In this document: in pieces, positions 35,635 to 45,033 of the stretch
Layout: every line of letters begins with the position of its first letter
How positions within the stretch are numbered: position 1 is the first letter of the stretch
Source of the DNA: an uncultured Acidimicrobiaceae bacterium
GTDB taxonomy: Bacteria; Actinomycetota; Acidimicrobiia; Spongiisociales; ZC4RG35
NCBI GenBank assembly: GCA_964653975.1
Contig: CAZZIG010000016.1
Coordinates: forward strand, 3,331 to 67,330
DNA length: 64,000 nucleotides
Direction: 5' to 3'
Made by a program: the position numbers and the translations under genes
Notes under the pieces: model-generated
The model's input: the letters and a program-made list of their open reading frames with translations, nothing else
What the model was told of the DNA's origin: nothing
The model's database searches: none

Positions 35635-36294
35635 CTAGTCGAGATTGATTGAGGTGATGGAGTCCCAGCCGGTGGTGTAGTTGGTGCCGGCGTTGATGGG
35701 GGAGCCGATGGTTCCGTTGGGTTTGATGTCGTAGTAGCGGTAGAGGCCGTCGTTGCGGTAGAAGAAGATCTGGTCGCCGCAGTTACCGGGGCAAATTGGG
35801 CTGTAATCGCGCGCATCGAAGAAGAATTGCGTGCCCCACCACCCCGAGGAATCCCCGTAAGCGCCCATCGCCACGAACCGGTACTTGTGGTTGAGGATAT
35901 TGCTGCGATGGCTCGCAGAGTTCATCCACATCGTGTGCATCCGCTCGCAGTCAGACGAAGACGTGTCTCCGTGCATGGCGATGTTCTCGCCGGCCCTGAT
36001 CCACGAGGGGGGGAGTATCTCGAGCTGCATCGAGTAGGACATGTGTCGGAACTCGTTGAACCGCATCCAGCGCGACCAGTCCCGGACCGCAGGCACGATG
36101 TCGGTGGCCATACGCAGAGGCTCGACACCGGCGTCGGCCCGCGCCTGGTTGGCGCGTTGCAGGAGACACCGCTCGAAGGACTCGGGGCTGGACGAGGCCT
36201 GGGCCGGTCGGGCGGCTGGCAAGGAGATCAAGGCGAGCATGACGACCAGGGCCACCAGCGTCGCCACCTTGGCTCGCCACGCCGGTTCGACCAC
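35635..36294 (-). CDS. Secreted CAP/SCP/PR-1-like domain protein with a C-terminal Tyr/Gly-rich module
   Basis: GTG start with the signal peptide VATLVALVVMLALISLPAARPAQA. The CAP-like core is NQARADAGVEPL...GENIAMHG...MWMNSASHRSNILNHKYRFVAMG. Confidence 0.7.
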   Translation of the reverse strand: MVEPAWRAKVATLVALVVMLALISLPAARPAQASSSPESFERCLLQRANQARADAGVEPLRMATDIVPAVRDWSRWMRFNEFRHMSYSMQLEILPPSWIRAGENIAMHGDTSSSDCERMHTMWMNSASHRSNILNHKYRFVAMGAYGDSSGWWGTQFFFDARDYSPICPGNCGDQIFFYRNDGLYRYYDIKPNGTIGSPINAGTNYTTGWDSITSINLD

Positions 36295-36386
36295 GAGGAT
36301 GTGTCTCTGTTTTCCGTGCCACCACCTATTTGAATCGGCATCGGAGCCGACCGCTTTAGGTGATCAGGTCGCGCTGGGAGTGACTG

Positions 36387-37091
36387 TCAGGCAGCAATCT
36401 CCGCGGCCAGGTCTGCCAGGGAACGCACCGTGGGCACACCGAAGTCACCGTTGATATCGAAGGGGTCCATGAGTACCGGATTCATGCCAGCCCGCTGCGC
36501 CCCGACTACGTCAAACGCTGGAGTGTCCCCGACATACCAGACCTCGGCCGGCGCCAGATCCATGACTTCGATGGCGAAGTCGAAGATGGCGGGATCGGGT
36601 TTTTCGACCCCGACGCCACCGGAGTCGATCACACAGTGCACCTCCACCCCTTCACCCTGGCCAACCTGGAGGATCCCCATGTCGCGGAGCCGTGTCTCGA
36701 TTGTCCCGTCGGCATTGGAGACGACGCCCACCGGGACTCCGGTCTCGACCAGCGCTGCCAGACCTTCTGGCGACCCCTCGATCACCTGGGTCCACAGCCA
36801 CCCCGTCACGTACTCGTTGCGGAGATGCTCGATCGCTTCCGGCACACGCTCCTCGGGGACATCGAGGAAGCGGGCGTACGCGCCCAGGTAGTCGGTCCAC
36901 ATCGGGCCCATGAACTCGTGACCGGTGAGGTCCATCGGGAAGGTGCGCAGAGCCACGTAGTGGGCCTGGTCGATGGCGGACCCGTCGACGACAGGATGAT
37001 CTATTCGATCGAGGGCGGCGCGGATGTGGTCGTGCGAGGGGAGCAGAAAGACCCCTCCCACATCGAGGAGCACAGCGGACGGTGGATTCAT
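36387..37091 (-). CDS. HAD-superfamily hydrolase
   Basis: ORF 36387..37184 trimmed to the ATG at 37091. Motifs are MNPPSAVLLDVGGVFL (motif I DxG/DxD-like), VVSNADG (motif II) and VGDTPAFDVVGAQRAGM (motif IV). Confidence 0.8.
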   Translation of the reverse strand: MNPPSAVLLDVGGVFLLPSHDHIRAALDRIDHPVVDGSAIDQAHYVALRTFPMDLTGHEFMGPMWTDYLGAYARFLDVPEERVPEAIEHLRNEYVTGWLWTQVIEGSPEGLAALVETGVPVGVVSNADGTIETRLRDMGILQVGQGEGVEVHCVIDSGGVGVEKPDPAIFDFAIEVMDLAPAEVWYVGDTPAFDVVGAQRAGMNPVLMDPFDINGDFGVPTVRSLADLAAEIAA

Positions 37092-37222
37092 GTTGTCCAA
37101 GGTAACCCGCCTCCTCCTAGACCCGCTATGTGCAGTCATGGTGAACATGTGGTGGCTAGTGTGCAGTGCCAGTTGTCGCCGCATCGGGACGGCGGCCGCT
37201 CCGTCTAGACGAGGAGGAAGAC

Positions 37223-38551
37223 GTGAGGAGACGAATCAGGGTATTGGCGGTGATGGCCACACTGCTGCTTGTCGTGGCCGCCTGTGGTGACGGGGGAGCT
37301 GACAGCACCACCACGACCGCAGCCGCCGCGACCACAGCTCCCGGCGACACACCGACGACCGAGCCCGGCCCCACAACGACGGAGGCCGTGTCCGGTGACC
37401 CGATCGTGGTGGGGAGCACGTTGCCGCTCACCGGAGGTCTCAGCGCCACCGGCGTGATCCACCAGATCGCGGGTCAGCTCTTCGTGGATCGGCTCAACGA
37501 CGCCGGTGGTCTGCTCGGCCGGCCCGTGGAGTGGAATCTCATCGACGACACCTCCGATGGCGCCCGGATCGCCGAGCTCTATGAACAGTTGATCGCCCAG
37601 GACGGCGTCGACCTGATCATGGGCCCCTACGCCACACCCAACATCCTGGCGGCGATGCCGGTGGCGGAGCGTCACGGCTATGTGCTGCCCCAGCACACCG
37701 CGGTGCTGGCGCCGGCTCTCACCTACGAGTGCCAGTTCCCCGGCTGGTCGATCGGCCCGGCTCCCAACGAATTCATCCCCAACCAGCTCGCCGACATGTT
37801 CGACAGCATGGGTGGTGCGGTGAGCACCGTCGCGCTGGTGACCAACGAGGGTGGGTCCACGAGTTTCGTGAGCTACGGGAGACCCGACGTGGAGGAGCCT
37901 TCGAGCAGCACGATCCTGCCCGAGCGGGGCTACGAGATCGTTGCCGACGTCCCCTACCCGATCGGGAACACCGAGTGGGGGCCCATAGCGGTCACGTTGC
38001 AGGATGCCGAGCCCGACGCGGTGCTGGTGATGGGTCTCGGTGTCGAGGCCAACGGCCTCATCGACGCGATGGAACAACTCGACTACTCGCCACCGGTGAT
38101 GTTCGCCTTGTTCCCCGCCCCCGGACCGCTCCTCGGCTTGGGGGAGGCGGCCGAAGGTCTTCTCTCCGTCTCGATGTTCGAGCCCAACGAGCCGATCCTG
38201 GCCGGATTGGACCCGGAGTTGGTCGAGATCACCGAGGAGTTCTCGTCCCGTGTCGAGGCCGAGGGTCTGCCCTACTCCACCTTCGAGACCCAGGCCGCGG
38301 CGTCGTGGAACGCCTGGTCGATCCTGGTCCAGGGTGTGGAAGGCGCCGGATCGCTCGACCACCAGGCCATCTGTGACCACCTCCACGAAGGGGGTGCGGA
38401 CCTGCCGTTTGCCGGCCAGGTCAGCTTCGACACGGAGCAGAACAACTTCTGGCCCTCCAACCAGGTGATCAAGCAGATCCAGGACTCTGACTGGGTCGTG
38501 GTCTGGCCCGAAGACCGGGCAGCCGCCGAGTTGCGCGGCCCCAACGGCTGA
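37223..38551 (+). CDS. ABC transporter substrate-binding lipoprotein, branched-chain amino acid (Liv/Peripla_BP_6) type
   Basis: ORF 37166..38551 trimmed to the GTG at 37223 (GAGGAGGA upstream). Lipobox LLLVVAAC. IVVGSTLPLTGGLSATG...LGRPVEWNLIDDTSD...DLIMGPYAT. Confidence 0.85.
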   Translation: MRRRIRVLAVMATLLLVVAACGDGGADSTTTTAAAATTAPGDTPTTEPGPTTTEAVSGDPIVVGSTLPLTGGLSATGVIHQIAGQLFVDRLNDAGGLLGRPVEWNLIDDTSDGARIAELYEQLIAQDGVDLIMGPYATPNILAAMPVAERHGYVLPQHTAVLAPALTYECQFPGWSIGPAPNEFIPNQLADMFDSMGGAVSTVALVTNEGGSTSFVSYGRPDVEEPSSSTILPERGYEIVADVPYPIGNTEWGPIAVTLQDAEPDAVLVMGLGVEANGLIDAMEQLDYSPPVMFALFPAPGPLLGLGEAAEGLLSVSMFEPNEPILAGLDPELVEITEEFSSRVEAEGLPYSTFETQAAASWNAWSILVQGVEGAGSLDHQAICDHLHEGGADLPFAGQVSFDTEQNNFWPSNQVIKQIQDSDWVVVWPEDRAAAELRGPNG

Positions 38552-38640
38552 GAACACGCCCTGTATGGTCGGGCCGCTCGTGAGCTCGGGCGGCCCGATC
38601 ATTCGCACTGAACAGTGACGACGCCCCTGGAGGAGGTCAG

Positions 38641-39510
38641 GTGAGCCAGCTTCAGGCCGCCATCTTCGGCGCCCTATCCGGCAGCCTCTTCGCGGTGATG
38701 GCCCTCGGCCTCTCCTTGGTCTGGGGCTTCCTCAAGATCATCAACCTGGCTCACTTCGGGATGATCCTGCTCGGCGCCTACCTGACCTTCGAGTTGGCGA
38801 CCAGGACCGGCATGGACCCGATCCTCACCGTGGTCGTCGCCGCCGCTGCCATGTTTCTCTATGGCGCCATCGTCCAGGCCGGCTTCGAGCGCTGGGAGGT
38901 GTCCGAGTTCAACTCGCTCCTCATCAGTTATGGCCTCTTGATCATCACCGTGCAGGTGGTGAGCAACATCTGGACCGCCGACTTCCAGCGGATGGACGCC
39001 GTCGTCAACCCCTACGCCGCCCAGTCGGTTGCCATCGGGCAGCTGCGTTTCCCCCTTCCCACCCTCGTCGCCGCCGGATTCGCGGTCGTGCTCGTCGTCG
39101 TCGCCAAGCTGATCCTCGAGCGCACCTACACGGGCAGGGCTCTGCAGGCGTTCGGTCAGGACCGGCACATCGCAGCCGCTTTCGGGATCGACCACACCAG
39201 GTTGGGCATCCTCCTCGCCGGAGTGGCGGGGGCGACCGCGGGCATGGCCGGGATGCTCCACTCCCTCGGCGAGTCACTCCACCCCGATGCCCCCTTCGAA
39301 TGGGTGGGCAGGGTCTTCGCCATCGTTATCCTCGGCGGGATCGGCAACGTGACCGGCACCCTCTACGCCGGGCTGTTGGTAGGAGCCATCTCCGGGCTCA
39401 CCGCTGCGGTGTGGAGCCCTTCTGCGTCGCCGTTCGTCGTGTTCTCGATGGTGGTGCTGGCGCTGGTGTTCCGACCCACCGGCCTCTTCCCATCGAAGGC
39501 TGCGCATTGA
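38641..39510 (+). CDS. livH: Branched-chain amino acid ABC transporter permease (LivH-type)
   Basis: 289 aa and multi-TM. INLAHFGMILLGAY and GGIGNVTGTLYAGLLVG are typical of LivH/BPD_transp_2. Confidence 0.85.
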   Translation: MSQLQAAIFGALSGSLFAVMALGLSLVWGFLKIINLAHFGMILLGAYLTFELATRTGMDPILTVVVAAAAMFLYGAIVQAGFERWEVSEFNSLLISYGLLIITVQVVSNIWTADFQRMDAVVNPYAAQSVAIGQLRFPLPTLVAAGFAVVLVVVAKLILERTYTGRALQAFGQDRHIAAAFGIDHTRLGILLAGVAGATAGMAGMLHSLGESLHPDAPFEWVGRVFAIVILGGIGNVTGTLYAGLLVGAISGLTAAVWSPSASPFVVFSMVVLALVFRPTGLFPSKAAH

Positions 39511-39511
39511 C

Positions 39512-41401
39512 ATGAGGGACCGAGGCTGGATCGGGTTGGCCGTGGTCGCCCTGGGGCTTCTGCTCGTGCCTGTCCTGTCGGCCACCTTCGACTTCACACC
39601 GTTCTATCTGGTGTTCCTCAGCGGAATCCTCTTCTGGGCAGCCCAGGCGACGAGCTGGAACATCCTCTCCGGTTACAGCGGCTACTTCAGCTTTGGCCAA
39701 GGGGCGTTCTACGGGGTCGGTGTCTACTCGATGGCGGTTCTCTTCGGCCGCCACGGAATCGACTGGCTGGCCGCCACGATGATCGGCGGGGTCCTCGCCA
39801 TGGTCCTCGCTCTCGGCATCGGGACGGTTGCCTTTCGTCTCCGCTCGCTGCGTGGCGAGATCTTCGCCCTGCTCACCCTGGCGGTCCCGTTCATCCTCGC
39901 CGCCGTCGTCCGGCTGAGCGACACGATCGACGGGGGTCAGGGCATCGTCGTGCCGGTCCCCGATTTCCCCGAGTTCCTGGGCTCGTTCCAGACCTTCTTC
40001 TTCGCCGCCAGTGCCGTGACCGGGTTGCTCGCCCTGACGATCGCTTTCGTCATGGAGCGAACTCGATACGGGTGGGCGCTGTTCGCCATCCGGGACGACG
40101 AGGCGGTGGCCGAAGGCCTGGGAGTGCCCACCTTCCGGCACAAGATGATCGCCATCGCGGCCAACGGGCTCATCGGGGGCATCTCTGGCGCCGTCGTCGC
40201 GCTGAACCTCGGTTTCGTCAGCGTCGAGGGCACCTTCAACCTGCGGGTGCCCCTGTTCGTCATCGTGATGAGCGTCCTCGGCGGCCGCAACTACTGGGCG
40301 GGGCCGATGGTGGGTGCGGTCTACATCCATACGTTGCAGAATCGCCTCGCTGTCAGCGGTTTCGACGGGTGGAGCCTGATCGTCCTCGGTGTGATCCTCG
40401 TGCTCCTCGTCCTGTTGGCACCCGAAGGCTTGATGGCCCGGTTCGCCCGGCGGCCCTGGTGGGTCGGTGGGATCTTCGTCGTCACCCTGCTCGGGCTCGG
40501 CTGGTGGGGTGGATGGGGTCAGCCAGTGGACTGGCTGGCCGCGGGGTTGGCAGCGGCAGCGGTCGTGGCCTTCCTCCCCGGCCGGCGACGTGCGACCGAC
40601 ACGGCGCGGCCGACGTCGGCCGAACCGGAAGACATCCTCGAGCCGGAGCTGGTCGAGGTCGGTGCGCCTCTGGTGGTCGCCGCAGACGTCACCAAGGAGT
40701 TCGGTGGGGTTCGTGCCCTGCGCGGCGTGTCCGCGACGATCTCGGAAGGGGAGCTCGTGGGGCTCGTCGGGCCCAATGGCTCGGGGAAGACCACTCTGGT
40801 CAACCTGATCTCCGGTGCCCTGCCTCCGACGTCGGGATCGATGTCGCTGCGCAGCACCGACCTGGTCCGTCTGCCCCAACATCGGATAGCCCATCTCGGG
40901 ATCGCCCGGACCTACCAGATCCCGCGACCCTTCCATTCCCTGACGGTGCGCGACAACGTGGCCGTGGCCATCATGTTCGGGCGCGACCCCCACGGGCTCC
41001 ACGACGCCCGAGATGCCGCAGACGAGTTTCTCTCCCTGGTGGGCATGGCTCATCTCACCGACCAGCTCCCGGGTCAGATCAACCTCCACGAGAGACAGCT
41101 CCTGGAGATGGCCCGGGCCATGGCGACACGTCCGTCGCTGCTCTTGCTCGACGAGGCGTTGGCCGGCCTCAACCCCGTCGAAGTGGACAATGCGGTCGCC
41201 GTGGTGCGGCGAATCCACGGGTCGGGAGTGGCCATCGTCTTCGTCGAGCACGTCCTGAGGGTGGTCAACCAACTCGCCACGAGGATCGTGGTCCTCGATC
41301 AGGGGGAGGTCCTCGCCGAGGGTGATCCGGCCGAGGTCATGCGCGACCCGGCCGTGATCCGCGCCTACCTGGGGAAGGAGGGCCGTGCTCGAAGTCACTG
41401 A
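39512..41401 (+). CDS. Fused branched-chain amino acid ABC transporter permease (LivM-type) and ATP-binding subunit (LivG-type)
   Basis: The N-terminal roughly 330 aa are multi-TM (GYSGYFSFGQGAFYGVGVY). A linker is followed by VTKEFGGVRALRGVSATISEGELVGLVGPNGSGKTTL (Walker A), an LSGG-equivalent region and LLLLDEALAGLN (Walker B). Confidence 0.85.
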   Translation: MRDRGWIGLAVVALGLLLVPVLSATFDFTPFYLVFLSGILFWAAQATSWNILSGYSGYFSFGQGAFYGVGVYSMAVLFGRHGIDWLAATMIGGVLAMVLALGIGTVAFRLRSLRGEIFALLTLAVPFILAAVVRLSDTIDGGQGIVVPVPDFPEFLGSFQTFFFAASAVTGLLALTIAFVMERTRYGWALFAIRDDEAVAEGLGVPTFRHKMIAIAANGLIGGISGAVVALNLGFVSVEGTFNLRVPLFVIVMSVLGGRNYWAGPMVGAVYIHTLQNRLAVSGFDGWSLIVLGVILVLLVLLAPEGLMARFARRPWWVGGIFVVTLLGLGWWGGWGQPVDWLAAGLAAAAVVAFLPGRRRATDTARPTSAEPEDILEPELVEVGAPLVVAADVTKEFGGVRALRGVSATISEGELVGLVGPNGSGKTTLVNLISGALPPTSGSMSLRSTDLVRLPQHRIAHLGIARTYQIPRPFHSLTVRDNVAVAIMFGRDPHGLHDARDAADEFLSLVGMAHLTDQLPGQINLHERQLLEMARAMATRPSLLLLDEALAGLNPVEVDNAVAVVRRIHGSGVAIVFVEHVLRVVNQLATRIVVLDQGEVLAEGDPAEVMRDPAVIRAYLGKEGRARSH

Positions 41402-42089
41402 CCTCGACGTCTACTACGGAGACGCCCAGGCCCTCTGGGAGGTGTCGGTGCGTGTCGAGGAGGCGGAGGTGGTGTCGATCGTCGGGTCCAACGGAGCGGG
41501 GAAGTCCACCCTGGTGGGGGCGGTCATGGGGATACTCCCGTCGCGTCGGGGCCGGATCGTCCTGGATGGGACGGAGATCACCGATCTGGCAGGGCATCGG
41601 GTGTGTGGGGCCGGGATCGCCATCGTGCCGGAGGGACGACGTCTGTTTCCCGGTCTCTCGGTCGGAGACAATCTCGATCTCGGGGCGTTCAACGCGGAGG
41701 CCCGACGGCACCGTTCCGAGACGCTGGACCGGGTCCACGACCTGTTCCCCCGGCTCGGCGAGCGCTCCGGTCAGCGCGCCGGGAGCCTGAGCGGAGGTGA
41801 GCAACAGATGCTCGCCATCGGCCGGGCGCTGATGGCCCGGCCTCGTCTGCTCCTGATGGACGAGCCTTCCCTGGGGTTGGCTCCGGTGATCGTCGACGAA
41901 GTCTTCGAGGTGATCGAGACGGTGCGGTCGGCTGGTGTGAGCGTCCTCCTCGTGGAGCAGAACGTGGCACGTGCCCTCGAGGTCTCCTCTCGCGCCTATC
42001 TGCTCTCCGAGGGGCGGATCGTCATGGAGGGAGACGCCGCCGAGATGGCGGCGAGCCCTGAGATCCGACGGGCGGTGCTCGGTGTCTGA
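41385..42089 (+). CDS. livF: Branched-chain amino acid ABC transporter ATP-binding protein (LivF-type)
   Basis: GTG start overlapping the upstream gene. GSNGAGKST (Walker A), LSGGEQQML (signature) and LLLMDEPSLGLAP (Walker B). Confidence 0.9.
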   Translation: MLEVTDLDVYYGDAQALWEVSVRVEEAEVVSIVGSNGAGKSTLVGAVMGILPSRRGRIVLDGTEITDLAGHRVCGAGIAIVPEGRRLFPGLSVGDNLDLGAFNAEARRHRSETLDRVHDLFPRLGERSGQRAGSLSGGEQQMLAIGRALMARPRLLLMDEPSLGLAPVIVDEVFEVIETVRSAGVSVLLVEQNVARALEVSSRAYLLSEGRIVMEGDAAEMAASPEIRRAVLGV

Positions 42090-42151
42090 CCGGTTGGACC
42101 GCGACGGGTGCTAGGTTCGATTTGGTCTAGGCAGTTCCCCTCGATACGCTT

Positions 42152-42167
42152 TGTGAAACATTTCACA
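42152..42167. promoter_or_regulatory. Perfect CRP/GlxR-type box TGTGA-N6-TCACA upstream of the atp operon
   Basis: 42151-42168 is TTGTGAAACATTTCACAA, with perfect 8-bp inverted arms. It lies 12 nt upstream of the GTG at 42179, in the 89-bp gap after livF. Confidence 0.6.
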
Positions 42168-42178
42168 AGCGCCCACAC

Positions 42179-42418
42179 GTGAAGCAAGAAACCACCACAC
42201 AACAGGTCCACTCCGCTGTCAACGAAGGCTGGATGGAAGGCGGATCGTTCCTCGGCTCGGTGCTCGCCGGAACCTTGCTCGGCTACTTCCTCGATCGCTG
42301 GCTCGGAACCGACCCGTGGCTGGTGTCGATCGGCATCATCGTCGGCGCCTACGCCGGCTTCGTCCAGATGTGGGGATACATCAAGAGGCTCGACGAGAGG
42401 CCCATCCGTGACCGTTGA
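42179..42418 (+). CDS. AtpZ/AtpI-family small membrane protein (putative F0F1 ATPase accessory subunit)
   Basis: 79 aa with two TM helices. GGSFLGSVLAGTLLGYFLDRWLGTDPWLVSIGIIVGAYAGF is typical of the AtpZ family. It is first in the atp cluster. Confidence 0.75.
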   Translation: MKQETTTQQVHSAVNEGWMEGGSFLGSVLAGTLLGYFLDRWLGTDPWLVSIGIIVGAYAGFVQMWGYIKRLDERPIRDR

Positions 42419-42821
42419 CGCCACCACGCCGGTGGAGATGATCCTCGCCCGGCACACGGCTCGACGGGCGCTCTACATCGGACCGCTCCTGGTGGCGGTC
42501 TTCTGGGTGACCGGGGGCTGGGACGGCGCCTGGAGCGCAGCCACCGGTGTGGTCCTCGTCGTGGTCAACTTTCTGCTCGCTGGGGCGATGCTCTCGATTT
42601 CGGCCAAGATCAGCTTGGCTGTCTATCATGCCGCCGCCCTGTTCGGCTTTTTCCTGCGGCTGGGGTTGATGGTGGTCACGGTGCTGCTGATAGCGCAGTT
42701 CCTCCCCATCGATCGTATCGCCTTCGGGATATCAGCGGTGGTGGCCTATCTGGTCTTGCTGTCGTGGGAAGCCGTCGCCGTTTCCAAGGGACGAGAAAGG
42801 AACCTGGATTGGACACCGTGA
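42408..42821 (+). CDS. atpI: ATP synthase protein I (AtpI-like membrane protein)
   Basis: 137 aa with four hydrophobic helices, immediately upstream of atpB and overlapping it (GTGA). Confidence 0.7.
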   Translation: MTVDATTPVEMILARHTARRALYIGPLLVAVFWVTGGWDGAWSAATGVVLVVVNFLLAGAMLSISAKISLAVYHAAALFGFFLRLGLMVVTVLLIAQFLPIDRIAFGISAVVAYLVLLSWEAVAVSKGRERNLDWTP

Positions 42822-43621
42822 TTCTCGCCGTCGAGGACTGCGACTACATCAACGAACCGCTGTGCACGCCGGCCGACGTCGCCGAGCTCTTCGTGTTCAC
42901 GGAGGGTTTGTGGGGGACCCCGATCACCCGGACCATCTTCCTCATGGGTCTAGCCGCATTGATCGTGGTCGCCATCCTCTTCTTCGCCTATCGCAAGCCC
43001 GACCTGATGCGCAGCAAGTTCCAGACTGCTGTCGACGCCCTCACCGGCTTCGTCCGTGACGACGTCGCCATTGGCACCATCGGCCCGGAAGGGATCAAGT
43101 ACTACCCGTACCTGCTGTCGATCTTTCTGTTCATCCTGGTCGGCAATCTCTTCGAGATCACACCGTTCATCAACTTCCCGATCACCGGGAGAATGGCCAT
43201 TCCGGCGTTCCTGGCCATCGTCACATATGTCATCTTCATCGTGGTCGGGTTCGCCAAGAACGGATTCAGCTATATCGCCGACATCGTCTGGCCGAAGAGC
43301 GTGCCCCTGGCGATGCGGTGGCTCGTCGGGCTGATCGAGTTCATCTCGTACTTCTTCATCAGGCCGGTCTCGCTTGCGGTGCGGTTGTTCGCCAATCTCG
43401 TTGCCGGGCACGTGATGCTGAGCATCTTGCTCGTCTCGGGATTCGTGTTTCTGATCAACATCCCCGAGATTCCGATCAAAGGCGCGATGTTCGGGACTTT
43501 GTGGCTCGCGCTGGGTCTGGCAGTCTTCGTGTTCGAGATTCTGGTCTCTGTGCTGCAGGCCTACATCTTCACTCTTCTCAGCGCCGTGTACATACAGAGC
43601 TCGGTCCATCCCGAGCACTGA
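42818..43621 (+). CDS. atpB: F0F1 ATP synthase subunit a
   Basis: ORF 42764..43621 trimmed to the GTG at 42818 (GAAAGGA upstream). ISYFFIRPVSLAVRLFANLVAGHVML contains the conserved subunit-a Arg motif. Confidence 0.92.
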   Translation: MILAVEDCDYINEPLCTPADVAELFVFTEGLWGTPITRTIFLMGLAALIVVAILFFAYRKPDLMRSKFQTAVDALTGFVRDDVAIGTIGPEGIKYYPYLLSIFLFILVGNLFEITPFINFPITGRMAIPAFLAIVTYVIFIVVGFAKNGFSYIADIVWPKSVPLAMRWLVGLIEFISYFFIRPVSLAVRLFANLVAGHVMLSILLVSGFVFLINIPEIPIKGAMFGTLWLALGLAVFVFEILVSVLQAYIFTLLSAVYIQSSVHPEH

Positions 43622-43635
43622 TCGACAAGAAATGA

Positions 43636-43940
<305 letters not shown>

Positions 43941-43941
<1 letters not shown>

Positions 43942-44492
43942 TGAATCTCGCACTCATCCTTCCGATGGCGGCCGAGGAGACCGAGGGCGGCTCCGGCGGG
44001 CTGGAGATCCTCCTTCCCCCGCTCAACGAGCTGATCGCCGGGATCATTGCCTTCGCGATCGTCTTCTTCTTCGTCTGGAAATGGGCGGTGCCGGCCATCA
44101 ACCGGATGCTCGAGCAGCGCCAGGAGGCCATCGCCGGCCAGATCGAAGGAGCCGAGAAGGCGAAGGCGGAGGCGGAGAGCCTGCTGGCCGATTACAAGGG
44201 CCAACTCGCCGAGGCCCGCGCCGAGGGCAACAAGATCATCGAGGACGCCCGGCAGGCGGCCGAGCAGATGAAGGCCGACATCATCGCCAAGGCCGAGTCG
44301 GAGGCAGACCAGATCCGTACCCGTGCCCGCGAGGAGGCCGCCGGGGAGAAGTCGCGTGCCCTCGCCGAGGCCAGGAGCCAGGTCGGTGACATCTCCGTCG
44401 ATCTCGCCTCCAAGATCGTCGGAGAGGCCCTCGACCAGGAGGCTCATCAGGCCCTGATCGACGGTTACCTGGCAGATCTAGAGAAACTCTGA
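43941..44492 (+). CDS. atpF: F0F1 ATP synthase subunit b
   Basis: An N-terminal TM is followed by a long charged helix (AEKAKAEAESLLADYKGQLAEARAEGNKIIEDARQ). The ATG overlaps the atpE TGA. Confidence 0.92.
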
Positions 44493-45028
44493 TGGCCGAG
44501 GATCGGATCGCCGGATACGCCCAGGGCATCTTCGAGATCGCCCGGGGCGAGGGCGTTCTCGAGAAGGTCGAGGATGAGCTGCTCACCATCTCCAGGGCGT
44601 TCGAGACCTCCCCTGAGTTGAGGTCGAGTCTCACCGACCCCCAACTCCCCCTCGAGAAGCGACAGAGCATCGTCGACGACCTCATCGGCACCCGGGCAAC
44701 CTCCCTCACCGTGGGTCTGGTCCAGTTCTTGGTTGGCCAGAACCGTGCCTCCGAACTGCCCGCGATCGCCAAGGCCGTCGCAGGTGCCGCCGCCACTTCC
44801 CGGGACAAGGCCCTCGCCGAGGTCCGATCCGCCGTGCCCCTAGACGATGCGACCGTGCAGCGTCTTAGTGCCGCGCTCACCAGGGCGACCGGCAGCGACG
44901 TCGAGGTCAGGGTCGTCGTCGACCCCTCGGTGGTCGGTGGCATCGTCGCCACGGTCGGTGACACCGTGATCGACGGCTCGCTCGCCAAACGCTTCGACTC
45001 TGTACGCCAAGCTGTAAGGACGAATTGA
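44492..45028 (+). CDS. atpH: F0F1 ATP synthase subunit delta
   Basis: 178 aa, OSCP-like. The C-terminal [22 protein letters not shown] is typical. Position is between atpF and atpA. Confidence 0.9.
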   Translation: MAEDRIAGYAQGIFEIARGEGVLEKVEDELLTISRAFETSPELRSSLTDPQLPLEKRQSIVDDLIGTRATSLTVGLVQFLVGQNRASELPAIAKAVAGAAATSRDKALAEVRSAVPLDDATVQRLSAALTRATGSDVEVRVVVDPSVVGGIVATVGDTVIDGSLAKRFDSVRQAVRTN

Positions 45029-45033
45029 TCAAC

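Noticed and set aside
37129-37167. Direct repeat GCTA(G)TGTGCAGT twice, 31 bp apart, upstream of the Liv-type binding-protein gene
   Set aside because: The repeat is short (8 exact nt) with no dyad symmetry and no obvious cognate regulator nearby. It is noted only as a possible operator.
39398-41398. Very long ORFs antisense to well-supported genes. The example here is 666 aa opposite livM-livG. Others are 167..1147, 2860..3951, 3951..5039, 29635..30660, 37205..38608, 45877..47658, 52246..53742, 54270..55559 and 55787..56860.
   Set aside because: Their translations are Arg/Pro/Gly/Asp-rich low-complexity strings with no motifs, while the opposite strand carries unambiguous conserved motifs. 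These are typical shadow ORFs of high-GC genomes.
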